Origin: an uncultured Gemmatimonadales bacterium | GTDB lineage: Bacteria; Gemmatimonadota; Gemmatimonadetes; Gemmatimonadales; Gemmatimonadaceae | NCBI GenBank assembly: GCA_963707505.1 | Contig: CAVPQB010000005.1 | Span: 4,991 to 68,990, forward strand | Direction of reading: 5' to 3' | DNA: 64,000 nt | Shown: positions 33,124 through 45,695 of the stretch, piece after piece | Numbering within the stretch: the stretch's first letter is position 1 | How the letters are laid out: every line of letters starts with the position of its first letter | The notes under the pieces: generated by a model | The model's database searches: none | The model's input: the letters and a program-made list of their open reading frames with translations, nothing else | What the model was told of the DNA's origin: nothing | Position numbers and translations under genes: made by a program

Positions 33124-34626
33124 TCATAACCCACCAGCGATAACCTTATCCCGGCCGCCCCTCTTTGCCGCGTACAGCGCCCGGTCCGCCGCGGAAAACA
33201 GCTCGTCTCTATCCCGCGCCCCTTCCGGGTAGGTAGCCAATCCCAATGACACCGTCACGTGGATCTCCCGTCCGCCGATGACGAACGGTCTACCACCCAC
33301 CGCGCTCCTGAGACGCTCCGCAAGCTGGCATCCGCCGGCAAGATCCGTCTGTGGCAGAAGGAGCGCCATCTCCTCGCCTCCGTATCTCGCGCAGAGATCG
33401 ACGTTACGGACCTCCGCCTGCAAAGCTGCCGCAACCCGCTTGAGCACCTCGTCACCCACCTGGTGCCCGTACGTGTCGTTGACGTGCTTGAACCGATCGA
33501 CATCGACCACCACGAGCGTGCACGAGCCGCCGAACCGGTTGGTCTCCATGACTATGCGCGTCAGCCGTTCCTCGAACTGCTGCCGATTGGCCAACCCGGT
33601 CAGGGCATCCGTCCGCGCGCGTTTGTTTATCTCCTCGATCTCCCAGACAGTTTCAAGTGCGTGAGCCGCCATCACGCCGAGCAGGCGCAGGTTCTTGGCG
33701 TCGGTCGGGCTGATCGTGATGGGCAGCTCGTTCTCCATCACGAGAGCGCCGATGACTCCGTCGCCACCACGCAGCGGGACTATCGCAAGCGCACCGAGCG
33801 TATGCTGCTCCTCGTCCCCACCAAAGACGACGAAACCACGGTCGCGATCCGTCGCGTCCTCTATCAGCACTGGGTAATCACCGATGCACGCCGCGCCCAC
33901 CTGGCTCTCAGGCGTGACGATGGAGCCAGCGACTACGGGATGTCCACGAATCGAATACGCGACCTCACCGGCCGGCCGCGACGCGTTCCAGCGCACCAGC
34001 GCGACCCGCCGCGTGCCCATCATGTGCGACGCGGCGGTACAGAGCGATGCACCGAGATCTGCGACGGTTCGGTGATCCTGCAGCTGTGTCGCCATGAGCA
34101 GCAGCAAGTCAGCGTGCCGTTCCGACTGTGTCACCGCGGCCTGCGCATCGAGCAGCGACCGAAGCGTCGCCACCCTGCGGCCAAGCCGCGGGAGCCACGT
34201 GCGGAGCTGTTCCCGCGGAAGCTTGAGCGCACCACGATCTCCGGCAGCGACCGCCAGCACATGATGCGCACCGGTCGTCGATGGTATCGGCGTCGCAGCA
34301 AATGCGACGCGCTCACCGTCCGTGGAAATCTCTCCAGCGTTCTGATTCGCAGCCCACGCAATCAAACCATTCCCACGCGCGTCGAGCTCCGGCTCCTGAC
34401 CATCGGCGCTCACGAATTCCATCAAACGCGGCGCGGCCGCTGGATCAGCTGCATCCCACACCGACGCGTGCACACCACCAAAGAGCTCGCGAACATCCGC
34501 AAGGACGTCCGTGATGGGCGTGTGCTCCAGCGATGCCGCGGGATCAGTACTACGCAGCCTCGGCGATCGCGTCGCTCGTTGTATCAGCGGTTCCCCCGAC
34601 CAGGTCGTCGTCACCATTTCGCGCAC
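33124..34626 (-). CDS. diguanylate cyclase with N-terminal GAF-like sensor domains
   Basis: The C-terminal GGDEF domain contains DALTGLANRQQF, VVVDVDRFKHVNDTYGHQVGDEVL and RNVDLCARYGGEEM (I-site RxxD plus GGEEM). The N-terminal 320 aa look GAF-like. The exact start is uncertain because it overlaps the dusB 3' end. Confidence 0.85.
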   Translation of the reverse strand: MREMVTTTWSGEPLIQRATRSPRLRSTDPAASLEHTPITDVLADVRELFGGVHASVWDAADPAAAPRLMEFVSADGQEPELDARGNGLIAWAANQNAGEISTDGERVAFAATPIPSTTGAHHVLAVAAGDRGALKLPREQLRTWLPRLGRRVATLRSLLDAQAAVTQSERHADLLLLMATQLQDHRTVADLGASLCTAASHMMGTRRVALVRWNASRPAGEVAYSIRGHPVVAGSIVTPESQVGAACIGDYPVLIEDATDRDRGFVVFGGDEEQHTLGALAIVPLRGGDGVIGALVMENELPITISPTDAKNLRLLGVMAAHALETVWEIEEINKRARTDALTGLANRQQFEERLTRIVMETNRFGGSCTLVVVDVDRFKHVNDTYGHQVGDEVLKRVAAALQAEVRNVDLCARYGGEEMALLLPQTDLAGGCQLAERLRSAVGGRPFVIGGREIHVTVSLGLATYPEGARDRDELFSAADRALYAAKRGGRDKVIAGGL

Positions 34627-35641
34627 CGTAAGGGTGGGACAGGTAGTCGTCGAAGATTGCTTCGACCTCAGTGATGGATCGAACGGCGTACAACTTCTTG
34701 CGCAGCTCAGCCGATCCCGGCAAGCCCTTCACGTACCAGCCAAGGTGCTTCCGAAACTCAACCGCGGCCCCGCGGGGATCCAGCTCGAACTCGTCGGCCA
34801 TGTGTGCGTGCTCGAGCGCAATTGCGAGACGCTCCCGCACCGGAGGCGCCGGCCGCTTCTCGCGCCCCTCGAGCAAGTCCCGCGTCTGATCGAAGATCCA
34901 GGGTTGCCCGAACGATCCTCGTGCAATCATGATTCCGGTGCAACCAGTCTGGCGATGCATCTCGATCGCGTCTTCGGCGGACTTGATGTCGCCGTTGCCG
35001 AGCACCGGAATGTCCAGCGCATCGACAACCGCGGCGATCTCATCCCATCGTGCAGCGCCGCTGTACATCTGCGCCCGCGTGCGAGGGTGCAGAGTAAGCA
35101 CCGTCGCACCGGCATCCTGACACCGTAGCGCGATCTCTACCGGGTTCCGCATCTCCTCGCTCCAGCCGCTGCGGATCTTGACCGTTACAGGTAGCGGTGT
35201 CGCGGCCGCAACTGCCTTGATGACTGACTCGACCAGTCCGAGATCCTTGAGGCAGCCCGATCCGCCATTCCGCTTCACGACCTTCTTGACCGGACAGCCG
35301 AAGTTGATATCGATGAACTCCGGCTGGAAGACATCGGATACAAGCCGCGCAGCGTCGCCCATCGCCGCCGGCTCCGCACCGAAAATCTGCACACCAATGG
35401 GACGTTCGTCGGCACCAAACCGAAGTTTGGCCAGTGTGGCCTCATTCTCGCGCCGTATTGCTTCGGCTGAAAGAAATTCGGTTACAACGACGTCGGCGCC
35501 AAAGCGATGACAGATGCGTCGGAAGGGCGACTCGGACACTCCGGCCATCGGCGCCAGATACAGTGGCGTAGCTGCCGCAATGGGGAATGGGAATGTCCTG
35601 GTCATGACGTTGAAGCTAATGTTCGCTCCGAAGGTGGGCAA
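34550..35641 (-). CDS. dusB: tRNA-dihydrouridine synthase
   Basis: Contains LAPMAGVSESPFRRIC, IDINFGCPVKKV, TLHPRT and GNGDI. The start may instead be the Met at 35605. Confidence 0.88.
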   Translation of the reverse strand: MPTFGANISFNVMTRTFPFPIAAATPLYLAPMAGVSESPFRRICHRFGADVVVTEFLSAEAIRRENEATLAKLRFGADERPIGVQIFGAEPAAMGDAARLVSDVFQPEFIDINFGCPVKKVVKRNGGSGCLKDLGLVESVIKAVAAATPLPVTVKIRSGWSEEMRNPVEIALRCQDAGATVLTLHPRTRAQMYSGAARWDEIAAVVDALDIPVLGNGDIKSAEDAIEMHRQTGCTGIMIARGSFGQPWIFDQTRDLLEGREKRPAPPVRERLAIALEHAHMADEFELDPRGAAVEFRKHLGWYVKGLPGSAELRKKLYAVRSITEVEAIFDDYLSHPYGARNGDDDLVGGTADTTSDAIAEAA

Positions 35642-35650
35642 CGCGCGTAT

Positions 35651-35679
35651 TTGACATGACTGTGGGCCGAAAGTACCTT
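35651..35679 (+). promoter_or_regulatory. candidate sigma70-type promoter for ptsN
   Basis: TTGACA (35651-35656), a 17-nt spacer, then TACCTT (35674-35679), about 50 nt upstream of the ptsN ATG. This is a pattern match only. Confidence 0.3.
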
Positions 35680-35729
35680 GGACGGTTCACCCCGAAGTGC
35701 CCGCTCCGCCCGCACCCGCAACAGACGCA

Positions 35730-36182
35730 ATGGAACTACGCGAATTCTTCTCCGAAGATGCGATTTCGCTCGACCTCAAGGCCGACAACAAGGACGACAT
35801 CCTTCGCGAGCTAATTTCGCTCCTGAAGTTGGACGAAAAGTCCGAAGGGATGCTGTTCAAGATGTTGAAGCGCCGTGAGAACCTTGGCTCGACCGGTATC
35901 GGTCGCGGGATTGCAATCCCGCACTGCCGCTCGCTGGTCGTCAACAAGCTCAGAGTCGCCTTCGGCCGCAAACCGAACGGAGTCGACTTCAAGGCGATCG
36001 ACGAAAAGCCCGTCTACTTCTTCTTTCTGATCGTCGCGCCGCCGCTGGAGGTGTCGAACCAGTACCTGCCAGTACTCGGTAAGATTGCCCAGTTCAGCAA
36101 GGAATCCGACGTTCCCGGCCGACTCCTGGAGCTGACCGAGCCGTCCCAGTTCATGGCGTTGTTGAAGGAAAAGGGCGTGTAA
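35730..36182 (+). CDS. ptsN: PTS EIIA-type (nitrogen regulatory, PtsN-like) protein
   Basis: Starts MELREFFSEDAISLDLKADNKDDILRELI and contains RENLGSTGIGRGIAIPHCR (phospho-His motif). Confidence 0.85.
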   Translation: MELREFFSEDAISLDLKADNKDDILRELISLLKLDEKSEGMLFKMLKRRENLGSTGIGRGIAIPHCRSLVVNKLRVAFGRKPNGVDFKAIDEKPVYFFFLIVAPPLEVSNQYLPVLGKIAQFSKESDVPGRLLELTEPSQFMALLKEKGV

Positions 36183-36195
36183 CGTGGCAGTTGTA

Positions 36196-36217
36196 GGGCG
36201 GGCCCCCGTGCCCGCCC
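36196..36217. terminator. GC-rich hairpin between convergent genes (probable bidirectional terminator)
   Basis: The sequence gggcgggc-ccccgt-gcccgccc forms an 8-bp GC stem between the ptsN stop (36182) and the LLM oxidoreductase stop (36257). The T-tract is weak. Confidence 0.5.
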
Positions 36218-36256
36218 TCTTAACGGGATATCGAAAGCCGCGCCCAGTGCGTCAGG

Positions 36257-37279
36257 TCAGCGCCACCCCAGCGCGGGCGCCACGTGCGTAAGAATCGCCT
36301 CGATGACGTGCGCGTTGTAATCCACGCCAAGCTGATTAGGAACGGTCAGGAGGAGAGTGTCAGCCTCGGCGATTCCCTCGTCATTCCGTAGCTGCTCCAC
36401 GAGTACATCCGGCTCCGCAGCGTAGCTTCGACCAAAGATTGCACGCGTTTTCTCGTCGATGTAGCCGATCTGGTCCGCGTCCGCGCCCTCACGCCCGAAG
36501 TAGGCACGATCTCGATCGGTGACGAGCGCAAAGATGCTGCGACTGACAGAGACGCGCGGCTTGCGCGCATGCCCGGCCTCTTCCCACGCCTTGCGGAATG
36601 CCCGGATCTGCGCCGCCTGCTGGACATGGAAAGGCTCTCCCGTCTCGTCGTCCTTGAGAGTCGAGCTTTGCAGATTCATGCCGAGCTTTGCCGCCCACAC
36701 GGCGGTGGAATTGGATCCTGCGCCCCACCAGATCCGGTCGCGCAGCCCCTCGGAATGCGGCTCGATGCGCAGCAGGCCCGGCGGATTTGCAAACATCGGC
36801 CGCGGACTCGGCTGCGCGAATCCCTCACCGCGCAGCCGGTCGAGGAATGCCTCCGCGTGCGCGCGGCCCATGTCGGCGTCACTCTGTCCTGCTGACGGAC
36901 TGTAGCCGAAATACCGCCAGCCATCGACCACCTGCTCCGGCGAGCCGCGGCTTATCCCCAGTTGCAACCGCCCACCGGCAATGATGTCGGCGGCTCCCGC
37001 ATCTTCCACCATGTAGGATGGATTCTCGTACCGCATGTCGATGACAGCCGTGCCGATCTCGATACGACTCGTCCTCGCACCGACTGCGGCAAGAAGCGGG
37101 AACGGCGACGCGAGTTGGCGGGCGAAGTGGTGAACGCGAAAATACGCGCCATCCGCACCCAGCGACTCGGCGGCAACGGCGAGATCGATGGATTGCAGCA
37201 GCGCGTCGGCCGCCGATCGTGTTTGCGATTGCGACGAGGGCGTCCAGTGTCCGAACGACAGAAAGCCGATCTTCTTCAT
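36257..37279 (-). CDS. LLM-class (luciferase-like) flavin-dependent oxidoreductase
   Basis: Intact ORF of 340 aa containing MKKIGFLSFGHW, LGADGAYFRVHHF, TSRIEIGTAVIDMRYENP and GRLQLGISRGSPE. Confidence 0.8.
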   Translation of the reverse strand: MKKIGFLSFGHWTPSSQSQTRSAADALLQSIDLAVAAESLGADGAYFRVHHFARQLASPFPLLAAVGARTSRIEIGTAVIDMRYENPSYMVEDAGAADIIAGGRLQLGISRGSPEQVVDGWRYFGYSPSAGQSDADMGRAHAEAFLDRLRGEGFAQPSPRPMFANPPGLLRIEPHSEGLRDRIWWGAGSNSTAVWAAKLGMNLQSSTLKDDETGEPFHVQQAAQIRAFRKAWEEAGHARKPRVSVSRSIFALVTDRDRAYFGREGADADQIGYIDEKTRAIFGRSYAAEPDVLVEQLRNDEGIAEADTLLLTVPNQLGVDYNAHVIEAILTHVAPALGWR

Positions 37280-37307
37280 TACAGCAGAGCCTGACCGCGC
37301 GTGTCGA

Positions 37308-38855
37308 TCATTCCCACTCTATAGTCGCCGGCGGCTTCGAGCTCACATCGTACGCAACGCGGTTCACCCCGTCGACCTCGTTCATGATGCGATTCGATAT
37401 CCGTCCGAGCACGTCATAGGGAAAGTGATACCAGTCAGCCGTCATTCCATCCGTGCTGGTGACTGCGCGCAACGCGAGCACGTTTTCATACGTCCGCTCG
37501 TCACCCATCACTCCAACGCTGCGGATCGGCAACAATACCGCGAATGCCTGCCAGATCGTATCGTACAATCCTGCTGAGCGAATCTCTTCGAGATAGATCG
37601 CGTCCGCGCGCCGCAATACTTCGAGCTTCGCCGGCGTGACGTCGCCCAGCACGCGTATCGCGAGTCCCGGTCCCGGAAATGGGTGTCGACCCACCATCTC
37701 CTCGGGCAGGCCGAGCTCGCGTCCGACGTTGCGCACCTCGTCCTTGAACAGCTCACGCAATGGCTCGATCAGGGCGAACTTCATGTCGCTCTTGAGTCCA
37801 CCGACGTTGTGATGCGTCTTGATCGTCACCGACGCACCGCCGGTCGGCGAGAACGACTCGATCACGTCTGGATACAACGTGCCCTGCACCAGAAAGCGAA
37901 CGTTGTCGCCAACTTTCGCGGCAGTCGCTTCGAATACGTCGATGAACGTATGCCCGATGATCTTGCGCTTCTTCTCCGGATCTTCGATGCCCTTCAACGC
38001 GCCAAGGAATTCCGCGCTCGCATCCACGGTGATGAGATTCACGCCCATGTGCGCGCGAAACGTGCGCTCGACCTGCTCGCGCTCGTGCATTCGCAGCAAC
38101 CCCGTGTCCACGAAGATGCAGGTAAGCTGATCTCCAACCGCACGGTGCACGAGCGCGGCTGCAACCGATGAATCGACACCGCCCGAAAGCCCGCAGATCA
38201 CACGGGCGTCGCCAACGAGCGCGCGGACACGCTCGACTTCGCGCTCTGCGAATGAGCCCGGCGTCCATGTGGGATGCAAACCGCAAACACGGAACAGAAA
38301 GTTCTCGATCAGCTCCCGGCCGCGCGGCGTATGTGCAACTTCCGGATGGAACTGCACGCCGAATATCGGCCGTGTCTCATGCCGGAATGCCGTGACTGGA
38401 TTGGACCCGCTCCGCGCTGTTACTGAAAAACCAGGAGGTGGCGATTCAACGTGGTCGCCGTGGCTCATCCATGCCTCGAGGCACTCTCCGCCTTCGAAGC
38501 CGGCGAAGAGCGCGTCCGGCTCCGTGACGCAGACTTCCGCGCGGCCGTACTCGCGTTTTCCTGCGCGCAGAACTGTCGCGCCGGAAAGCTGCGCAATCAG
38601 TTGCATGCCGTAGCAGATGCCCAGCACGGGCGCCACGCCGAGCAATGCGGGGTCTGCCGTCGGAGCGGATTCGTCGTATACCGAGTTGGGGCCGCCGCTG
38701 AAGATTATACCGGAGGGATTCCACTCGCGAACCCACTCCAGCGTTCGCGTCGGAGGATGGATCTCGCAGTACACCCGCGCTTCGCGCACGCGTCGCGCTA
38801 TCAGTTGCGTGTACTGCGCCCCAAAATCAAGAATCAGAATTCTTTCCGGATTCAT
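37308..38855 (-). CDS. guaA: glutamine-hydrolysing GMP synthase
   Basis: Intact ORF of 515 aa containing [38 protein letters not shown] and a C-terminal KPPATIEWE. Confidence 0.95.
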   Translation of the reverse strand: MNPERILILDFGAQYTQLIARRVREARVYCEIHPPTRTLEWVREWNPSGIIFSGGPNSVYDESAPTADPALLGVAPVLGICYGMQLIAQLSGATVLRAGKREYGRAEVCVTEPDALFAGFEGGECLEAWMSHGDHVESPPPGFSVTARSGSNPVTAFRHETRPIFGVQFHPEVAHTPRGRELIENFLFRVCGLHPTWTPGSFAEREVERVRALVGDARVICGLSGGVDSSVAAALVHRAVGDQLTCIFVDTGLLRMHEREQVERTFRAHMGVNLITVDASAEFLGALKGIEDPEKKRKIIGHTFIDVFEATAAKVGDNVRFLVQGTLYPDVIESFSPTGGASVTIKTHHNVGGLKSDMKFALIEPLRELFKDEVRNVGRELGLPEEMVGRHPFPGPGLAIRVLGDVTPAKLEVLRRADAIYLEEIRSAGLYDTIWQAFAVLLPIRSVGVMGDERTYENVLALRAVTSTDGMTADWYHFPYDVLGRISNRIMNEVDGVNRVAYDVSSKPPATIEWE

Positions 38856-38862
38856 CCAGCTC

Positions 38863-39351
38863 TCAAAGTTTGATGATTTCCACTTCGCGCGTATCCAGAT
38901 CGACCAGCGCGGCGGTGCACGACCCGTACAACCAGCCGCATGCCTCGCCTGGGTTCAGGATCAGCGTGTCTCCCCTGCTCTTCATCTCGGCCTGGTGCGA
39001 GTTGCCGTGGAACACGAAGTGGTGCTTGTCCAGCGACCGTTGATGCACCTCACCGATGTCGTGAACGATGAGTATCTGCTTGCCCGACACTTCAAAGCTG
39101 TGCGGAGACTCGTACAGCTCGGTTCCCACTCCCTGCGCTGCCACCGCTGCGAGGCCCTCGGGATCTCCATCGTTCCGACCGAAGACGCCGAGCATCGGGA
39201 TGTTGGCGTCGTTCACTGGCGTCAGCGAAAAGGGAGAACAGTGATCTCCGGCGTGCATCAGCAGACTTGCACCGCCAGCTATCATACGCGCGACGAGCTC
39301 CGCGATCGCGGGAACCCTGTCGTGCGTATCGGCCATGATTCCGACTCGCAT
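38863..39351 (-). CDS. metallophosphoesterase, YfcE/MJ0936 family
   Basis: Contains [22 protein letters not shown] and FHGNSH. Confidence 0.8.
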   Translation of the reverse strand: MRVGIMADTHDRVPAIAELVARMIAGGASLLMHAGDHCSPFSLTPVNDANIPMLGVFGRNDGDPEGLAAVAAQGVGTELYESPHSFEVSGKQILIVHDIGEVHQRSLDKHHFVFHGNSHQAEMKSRGDTLILNPGEACGWLYGSCTAALVDLDTREVEIIKL

Positions 39352-40621
39352 CAGTCCTCGATCCAGTCAGGGGCGAATGTCTCGCGGCGCGTAAGATCAG
39401 CGTCGGACTCTCGCTCGGTGATTACCGCAAATCGATTCCCATCCACAAGCACTTCGGCTGGCCGTGGCCGCGAATTGTAGTTCGACGCCATCGAGTAGCC
39501 GTAAGCACCGGTCGCGCGCAACACGAGCAGCTCGCCTGGCGCTACATCGGCAATCAGCCGATTGTTCGCGAAGAAGTCACCGCTCTCGCAAACGGGGCCG
39601 ACGATATTCGCGCGCAGCGTCGGCTCTGCGCCGCTCGACGCGGAGTCGATCGCGTGGTGCGACGCATACAGCGACGGCCGAATGAAATCATTCATGCCGG
39701 CGTCGGTGATGACGATCTCCTTTCCGCCGCTGTGCTTGCGGTACAGCACCCGTGTCACGAGCACACCCGACTCGGCCACCAGGAACCGGCCCGGCTCGAT
39801 GAGTATCGCCACACCCGGTTCCGCCGCGGCGATTCGCAGCGCGTCGGCGTACGCACCAAGATTGAGTGACGAGCCGTCGTCGTCAGTCACTCCGAGGCCG
39901 CCCCCGAGATCCAGTGTGGTGAGCGTTGCAAGATTTTCGCCTTCGATCTCGCGCTTGAGCTGCACGAGCGCCTTCGCGGCGAGCGCATACGGCGTTGCAT
40001 CGCCGATCTGAGAGCCGAGGTGGGAGGCGAGACCGATCAACTCAACGTTCGTCATGTGCGACATCGCACGTGCAACGGCGATGATCCGATCCAGCGGAAT
40101 TCCGAATTTCATCCCACGCTCGCCGGTGCGCGTGTACGGATGCGGCGTGTCCACGGCAACGTCGGGGTTTACACGCAGAACTACCGGAGCGACGACGCCG
40201 ATCCGTTGCGCGACATCCTGCAGCACCGCAAGCTCACCTTCCGATTCGACGTTGATGCTGCGCACGCCGGCCCGCACTGCGCGCTCCAATTCTGCAGGTG
40301 TCTTGCCGACGCCGCTGAATACGATGTCCGAGCCAGCGAATCCGGCCTCGAGCGCGCGATGCAGCTCGCCGCCGGATACGATGTCGACGCCAGCGCCGAG
40401 TGATCGCAGCAGCGCCAGAATCGCGAGACTGGAATTCGCCTTTACGCTGTAGTGGACATGGACGGGCAGGCCTTCGACTGCGGTCGCCAGTCGTTGATAC
40501 TGGTTGCGAATCGTGTTCGCGCTGTACACGTATACCGGAGTTCCAACGCGGTCCGCTATCGTGTCCAGCGCAACGCCATCGCAGAGCAGCGCACCATCGC
40601 GCCGTGCATAACCGGTTGTCA

Positions 40622-40622
<1 letters not shown>
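39351..40622 (-). CDS. lysA: diaminopimelate decarboxylase
   Basis: The Met at 40622 gives MTTGYARRDGALLCDGVALDTIADRVGTPVYVYS. It also contains HYSVKANS (PLP Lys), DLGGGLG, GPVCESGDF and GAYGYSMASNYN. The start overlaps the proS stop (TGATG). Confidence 0.92.
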
Positions 40623-43354
<2,732 letters not shown>

Positions 43355-43439
43355 CGTCCAAACCTATTCGGTCGGAGAGTCGCGGGCTACCACCCGCGCC
43401 CGGGAATCACGGGCACGTCCCACGTGAAATACGCCCGGA

Positions 43440-44747
43440 TCAGTCGCGCGCGCCGCGCCAAGCCGGAGCTGCAGGGTCGATCCCGAGTACCGTCATCGCG
43501 TCTCCCACCGTGTGAAATGATCCACAGACGACCTTGGTACCGGGCATCGAAGCGGCACGCTCCATCGCCACACCGAAGTCGAGGTCGAGCGAGACCGGGA
43601 CCTTGCACGCGTTCGCGTGCGCCGCCGCGGGCAGCGGGTCCCACGCACGCTCCGGCGGCGCGCTTGGAGGATTGGTAATTATGAAATGGTTTGCAACCGG
43701 TGCCAGCGCTTCGATCATGCCGTACCAGTCCTTGTCCTTGAGAACGCCGAGAACGATCGTCACCGGAGGCGGCGTCGGACGCGCCGCCAGAGTTTCCGCG
43801 AGTGCCCGCGCACCTGAGGCGTTGTGCGCCACGTCGAAGATCCAGTCTCTGACGCGCTGAAACCGCCCCGGGAGACTGACCGAGGACAGCGCGCGATTGA
43901 TGTTCTCCTTCCTGATCGCGTACTCCGGACCGGCGGCGTGAATCGTCGCGAGCGCCGTCAGCGTGTTGCGAACCTGATGCTCGCCCAGCAATGGGGTGGA
44001 AAGCCGAGTCCGTCCGAGCGGTGTCGCCGCGGTGAACGACGTCATACCGCCAGCAAGCGAGACAGACCACGCACGCCAGTCGGACCGCACGATCGATATC
44101 GGAGTCGCTCCGCGCTCCGCGGCTCGCTCAGCGAGCCTCTTGGCCAGATCCAGCCGTGGCTCGCCGATAACCGCCGGCCGGCCGAACTTGAAGATTCCGC
44201 CCTTCTCGTCCGCAATCGCCTGTAGCGTGTTGCCCAGATACTCCGTGTGGTCCAGCGAGATATTCGTGACGGTGGCGACGACCGGGTCCAGCACGTTGGT
44301 GCTGTCGAGAGCACCTCCCAGACCCGTCTCGATCGCCGCGACGTCCACCATCGCTTCTGCGAAGTACAACATCGCCGCAACCGTGGTTATCTCGAAAAAA
44401 GTGGCGTCCAGCGACTCTGCGATCGGCTCGATCCGGCGCAGCAGCTCCAGAAGCGTCTCTTCCGGGATCGGTACGCCATCGATCGCGATCCGCTCACGAA
44501 AGTCCACGATATGCGGCGACGTGTACCTTCCTACGCGTCTGCCCCCGAACCTGAGTAGCGCATCCAGGGTCGCAACCGTGCTTCCCTTGCCATTTGTTCC
44601 GGCGACGTGAAAGGAAGGGTACTTCCGGTGCGGATCGCCCAGCGCGTCAAGCAGTTTTTCGGTCCGCTCGAGTCCGGGAACTATCTTCGATCCGGTCTTT
44701 TCGAACAACCGTTCGATAGTCTTCCGGTACGTCAGGTCGAGAGCCAT
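43440..44747 (-). CDS. folC: bifunctional folylpolyglutamate synthase / dihydrofolate synthase
   Basis: Intact ORF of 435 aa containing HVAGTNGKGST, AIETGLGGALDSTN, SLDHTEYLG and DVAHN. Confidence 0.9.
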   Translation of the reverse strand: MALDLTYRKTIERLFEKTGSKIVPGLERTEKLLDALGDPHRKYPSFHVAGTNGKGSTVATLDALLRFGGRRVGRYTSPHIVDFRERIAIDGVPIPEETLLELLRRIEPIAESLDATFFEITTVAAMLYFAEAMVDVAAIETGLGGALDSTNVLDPVVATVTNISLDHTEYLGNTLQAIADEKGGIFKFGRPAVIGEPRLDLAKRLAERAAERGATPISIVRSDWRAWSVSLAGGMTSFTAATPLGRTRLSTPLLGEHQVRNTLTALATIHAAGPEYAIRKENINRALSSVSLPGRFQRVRDWIFDVAHNASGARALAETLAARPTPPPVTIVLGVLKDKDWYGMIEALAPVANHFIITNPPSAPPERAWDPLPAAAHANACKVPVSLDLDFGVAMERAASMPGTKVVCGSFHTVGDAMTVLGIDPAAPAWRGARD

Positions 44748-45595
44748 CCAGTCGCCGCCGGCTTGCCGCTCATGTGTCGTAAAAGCCGACCGACGGTTGG
44801 CTTTAGCTCGTGACGCGGAACCACAATGTCGACAATTCCGTGCTCCAGCAGGAACTCGGCGGTCTGAAAGCCTTCCGGTAGATCCTGCCCGATGGTCTGC
44901 TTGATCACGCGCGGGCCCGCGAAGCCCACTACCGCCCCCGGCTCCGCGATTATCGCATCTCCGAGCATGGCAAAGCTGGCGCTCACGCCGCCGGTCGTCG
45001 GGTTGGTCAGCAGCGATACGTACGGCACCCGCCGCTCGGCAAGCTGCGAAAGCATCGCGGACGCCTTGGCCATCTGCATCAGCGACAGGACGCCCTCCTG
45101 CATTCGCGCGCCGCCCGATGCGCAGACGATGACCAGCGGGTGCTTTTTCTCCAGCGACCGTTGACCCAGGCGGGCGATCTTCTCGCCGACGACCGATCCC
45201 ATCGAGCCGCCCATGAAGGCGAAGTCCATGATGCCGAGGCTGATGGGCGAGCCACCCAGCTGGCCGGTCAGGGTGAGAATTGCGTCGCCTTCGCCGGCAT
45301 TGGCGGTCGCCTTCTTGAGGCGTTGAGTGTACTCGGGGAAGCCCAGTGGATCGGCCGATCTGATCTCGACCTCGGTCTCCTCCGCCGTCCCCTCATCGAG
45401 GAATATGTTGGCGTAGTCCCACGCGCGAATCCTGCGGTGATAGCCGCAGTTTGGACAAACGTTGAGATTCCGGACGAATTTCTCAGTGATGTCGGTGTAG
45501 CCACACGATTCGCATTTTTCCCAGGCGTCCGCCGGAATCTCCAGTCGTTCGCGCCGCGGACTGCGGGGCTTCTTGTCCTTCCTGAACCAAGCCAT
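44732..45595 (-). CDS. accD: acetyl-CoA carboxylase carboxyltransferase beta subunit
   Basis: Contains a zinc ribbon (CESCGY...CPNCGYH), MGGSMGSVVGEK and SGGARMQEG. Confidence 0.93.
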   Translation of the reverse strand: MAWFRKDKKPRSPRRERLEIPADAWEKCESCGYTDITEKFVRNLNVCPNCGYHRRIRAWDYANIFLDEGTAEETEVEIRSADPLGFPEYTQRLKKATANAGEGDAILTLTGQLGGSPISLGIMDFAFMGGSMGSVVGEKIARLGQRSLEKKHPLVIVCASGGARMQEGVLSLMQMAKASAMLSQLAERRVPYVSLLTNPTTGGVSASFAMLGDAIIAEPGAVVGFAGPRVIKQTIGQDLPEGFQTAEFLLEHGIVDIVVPRHELKPTVGRLLRHMSGKPAATGWLST

Positions 45596-45695
45596 ATACC
45601 TCTAATGTCACCCGGCACCCTATGCTGGGCAAGGAGTTGCGGAACAGGCGTCCGGTAACCAGCCAGATCCCGTGGCCGGAAAAGACGCCCGCCAG

